From Catajapyx aquilonaris (taxonomy: Eukaryota), in the NCBI GenBank assembly GCA_000934665.2, contig KZ538951.1, forward strand, positions 1-38,830: a stretch of DNA of 38,830 nt, read 5' to 3'. Shown here one piece after another: positions 35,926-38,830 of the stretch (position 1 is the stretch's first letter; each line of letters opens with the position of its first letter). The translations under genes were made by a program, and so were the position numbers. Below the pieces are notes generated by a model, which was not told the DNA's origin, made no database searches, and saw only the letters and a list, made by a program, of their open reading frames with translations.

Positions 35926-38401
35926 ATGTCGGGGTCGTCGTGGACCAAGGCTGGGAAGACCAACCAAAAGACCCACCGGGAGAGGCGCCAGGTCAGTCTC
36001 ATGCACCCATCCCCACCACATGCAAATTCCATGAGTCTCGTCTGTTGAATCTGTGCATTGTGAATGCGACGGAATGCGAGTTGGCCGCTTCCTGCTCATC
36101 ACGACATGACCCTTTCATTTGCAGCCAGCTGCCAGGGCCCATCTGGGTCTCTTGGAGAAGAAGAAGGACTACAAGCTCAGAGCCAAGTGAGTCGCAGTTG
36201 AAAGGTTGGAGGCACACGGAGGCTTGAAGGACCCATCTGCTCTTGTGAGGCTGGCACACTCATGGTTGGCCCCTAGTGTGGGCAGATGCATTCATTGCCG
36301 TAGTGCCTTCATTCAAAGATTCATATTAGAACTAAACCATAAACTGCAACTTATCTCAAAGTCATTTTGGTGCTCTATTGATACGCATGAAACTGGAGGC
36401 AGAAGATGTGGAGAGAGTGCAAGGCTTTCTGTCCATACAACTAAAGCGCCCAAAAATTTATTATTGTTGGCCTTCAGGGATCTGTCCTTGCTCCACTCAG
36501 GAATGTCACATTTCTGGAGCATCCAGATGGCTACACTTTTGAGATGCCTCTTTGATAGGTCTTGCTGTCAGACAAGAAGAAATGGAATTGTACCATTTTA
36601 TAGGCACAGTAGGTACTAGAAATACCCTCGCTACGCTCGCAATTTTCTGGGCTTCAACCTACAGTGCCCACCATATTTTCAATCACTTCGGACGTATAGC
36701 CAGTGATGATGCCCATCATATGCATACCCCGACCCCCACCTGTTCCTCCATGCATTCACATATCGATGATTCCCTACCCTGTGACCCCTCCGAAATCCCA
36801 CCTTCGCATTGGCTGGGAAATATGCATTGCCTACTTCAACATACCAATAAGTACCTTTTGAATTTAAAAAAAAAAACTAATTCATTATTGTGTGAACAGA
36901 AATTCATAACCTCTACTGCCTCTACTCACATGCACCCGCACATGTATCTAAATTATATGCACACTTTCCGACCACATTTTTCTAAGTGCTCATAACTCCC
37001 CTTTTTTGTAAACAGCCATGGAACTTGGCAGTGCTTGTATTAGATGATCAAAAACTGGTTTCATTCTTTCCGACACTTTCTCTTGACATTCTCGGCCTAT
37101 CCCCGGGTTCAGTGTTGAATATCACGGCTAATCCTGCTTACCAACTCTTCCCAAGGGGGTGACAGGAAGGACCTTGTAAAAATGTTACTTTGTTACTTTT
37201 TTTAATTGTTACTTTGTTCATAAACGTCCATGGAGGGCCAGTTGCACCGGCCTCAGTATAACTTAGAACCTCGGGTATAACAAGAATTGCCATAGCAATC
37301 ATTGTTGACCAACAATGATTGAGACCCGTGCAACTGGCCCGGAGTTGGCACCACTGATAAACAACATCCTGACCTTGGCCAATGTTCCATTCGGTTTAGG
37401 CCTTTCCATTCTCCCCTCCTCTCCCCCTCCCCTGTTGTGAGGTCACCGAGAAGACGTGGGTGGAGGATGGTGGAAGGTTGGAGGGGTCTTCACCGGAGAG
37501 GAGATGTGTCCTCGTTGACGTCCAGCAAGCGACTGTGGCGTTCTAACACCCATTGTGCATGCTCGGAACAGGGGCCAATCGGAGCCGTCATTGTAACGAT
37601 ACGTCCAGGTAACAATGATCGCGAGCCAATGGGAAGGTTGCGGTAACAACAATATGGGGGCGGACCAATCAGAAGGCTTATACAAACAACAAAGGATTTT
37701 AATATTATAGATGAGCATGAACGCCTGGAAAAAAAGGCCACTTGCAACAAAGAGCCTCCTCTCATGAGAGATATTTTACTTTCTCATGTGATTAGGTTAT
37801 GAGCATGTTTATGGCATTGCAATCAACATCACTGCCTTTTTTTTTTTTTTTTGCAGGGATCGCCAAAAAAAGGAATCCACAATTAAATTTCTCAAGCAGA
37901 AGGCTTTGGAGAGAAATCCAGATGAGTTCTACTTCCACATGATCAATTCCAGAGTAGAGGTAACTTTGATGTACCATATTGTTGTGCAGTGCATCAGGAG
38001 TGACCAGATGTATAACGTTTCGATCTGATGGCGTTACTGTCCTCAGTATTTCATGCTGACCCTCACCCCTCCCTCATTTTTCAAACTAACAATATGTTCT
38101 TCACTGACAATCCCCACTGTACTGTATATGCAGTTATAGCAGAGAGTTTAAGAACTACATTAATTACTACAATGCACTGAAATTTATTTGTAGGATGGAG
38201 TTCATTACCAGCAAAAGAAAGAGGATGAGCATACACCTGAACAAGTTCAGCTGATGCAGACGCAGGACCTGCGCTATGTGACCTACAAGCGCAGTGTGGA
38301 GGCTCGCAAAATTGAGCGTCTTCAGAGCAACTTGCATATGCTCAACTTGCCAGGAGGACTGCCTAATAAGCACACTTTTTTCGTTGATTCCAAGAAGGAA
38401 G
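35926..38401 (+). CDS. UTP11: U3 small nucleolar RNA-associated protein 11 (SSU processome); 3'-partial, first four exons
   Basis: Exons 35926-35991 (MSGSSWTKAGKTNQKTHRERRQ), 36125-36186 (PAARAHLGLLEKKKDYKLRA), 37857-37959 (DRQKKESTIKFLKQKALERNPDEFYFHMINSRVE) and 38194-38401 (DGVH..TPEQVQLMQTQDLRYV..EARKIERLQSNLH..NKHTFFVDSKKE). Introns are GT-AG, phases are consistent and the Utp11 signatures are present. Confidence 0.96.
36616..37711 (-). mobile_element. Non-autonomous Helitron in UTP11 intron 2
   Basis: The minus strand starts A|TCTATAATATTAAAATCC and ends GCGAGCGTAGCGAGGGTATTTCTAG|T. This gives 5' TC, 3' CTAG, a degenerate GC-rich subterminal hairpin, insertion between A and T, and no TSD. 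Confidence 0.7.
37235..37340. mobile_element. Harbinger-like MITE nested inside the Helitron
   Basis: GGA|GGGCCAGTTGCACCGGCCTCA ... TGAGACCCGTGCAACTGGCCC|GGA, with a 3-bp direct flank. Confidence 0.7.
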
Positions 38402-38466
38402 GTAAGAGTTAAAATAGTAGCAGCAATATAACAGTTGCAATATTCAGTTGGCATGATGGTGTAGAC

Positions 38467-38830
38467 CAGTGGTCCCCAACCCCCGGGCCGCGGACCAGTA
38501 CCGGTCCGTGGATCAAATGGTACCGGGCCGCCCAATTATTTCCATTTCATTTTTTTCTACATTTATCGATATATCGTCTGATCTGGGGCCGTGGTATGGT
38601 ATTTCTGGCCTTGGCAGGGTATTTCCAACGCTATACCCCTAGATGGAACCGTCTCGTTGCAAAGAAACAAGCTCAGGGTTCTCATTGATTTTGAGTTCTA
38701 GTAAGGTGACATGTTCAATCACTTTATATTAATTTTTTGGTGTAACTATATTTTATTTTGAAGCCATGTTTAAGTACAATTAAATGAAAATTATTAGATA
38801 AAAACAATCTATACACACACACACCCCCCC
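38467..38830 (+). mobile_element. hAT (Charlie/Buster, MER1-like) MITE, copy 2, truncated by the window end
   Basis: Starts CAGTGGTCCCCAACCCCCGGGCCGCGGACC and is the reverse complement of 11671-11947. It retains TPRWNRLVAKKQAQGSH* at 38635-38688. Confidence 0.9.

Noticed and set aside
36552..36995. 147-aa His-rich ORF
   Set aside because: It lies in the Helitron within a UTP11 intron, has a TTG start and shows no Rep/helicase or other motifs.
38001..38050. Hammerhead-ribozyme-like CTGAGGA...GAAAC on the minus strand (similar weak case near 14230-14275)
   Set aside because: Stem II cannot be paired convincingly; at best this is a decayed Penelope-like remnant. An Infernal search with hammerhead models would settle it.
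1..38830. CRISPR arrays, prokaryotic defence operons, autonomous transposase or RT ORFs, and intronic C/D snoRNAs
   Set aside because: There are no regularly spaced direct repeats, all genes are spliced eukaryotic genes, no long TE ORF exists, and no RTGATGA...CTGA pair with a terminal stem could be supported by eye.

Overview
Gene-dense animal genomic DNA, most likely from an arthropod or insect (inferred from the protein termini and DRE motifs; the species cannot be determined). It contains six spliced protein-coding genes: NDUFB9 (+, 5' exon outside the window), PSME3IP1/FAM192A (-), RABIF/Mss4 (+), a 7-zinc-finger PLAG-family transcription factor (+), a PX-domain SGK3-type AGC kinase (-) and UTP11 (+, runs off the 3' end). 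Two pairs are head-to-head around CpG-rich promoters (PSME3IP1/RABIF, SGK/UTP11) and two pairs are convergent. Introns and intergenic DNA carry many non-autonomous transposons: TTAA piggyBac-like, hAT (including a MER1/Charlie-like MITE retaining transposase C-terminal codons), Tc1/mariner-pogo, PIF/Harbinger, a Helitron and two tRNA-derived SINEs (one with a V-domain-like core). The most notable observations are a spliced uORF predicted to overlap the PLAG start codons, inverted piggyBac MITEs bracketing the PLAG promoter, a DRE cluster in a bidirectional promoter and several perfect hairpins. I found no CRISPR array or prokaryotic system and cannot support a wholly new biological system. All exon models were read by eye and lack transcript support.
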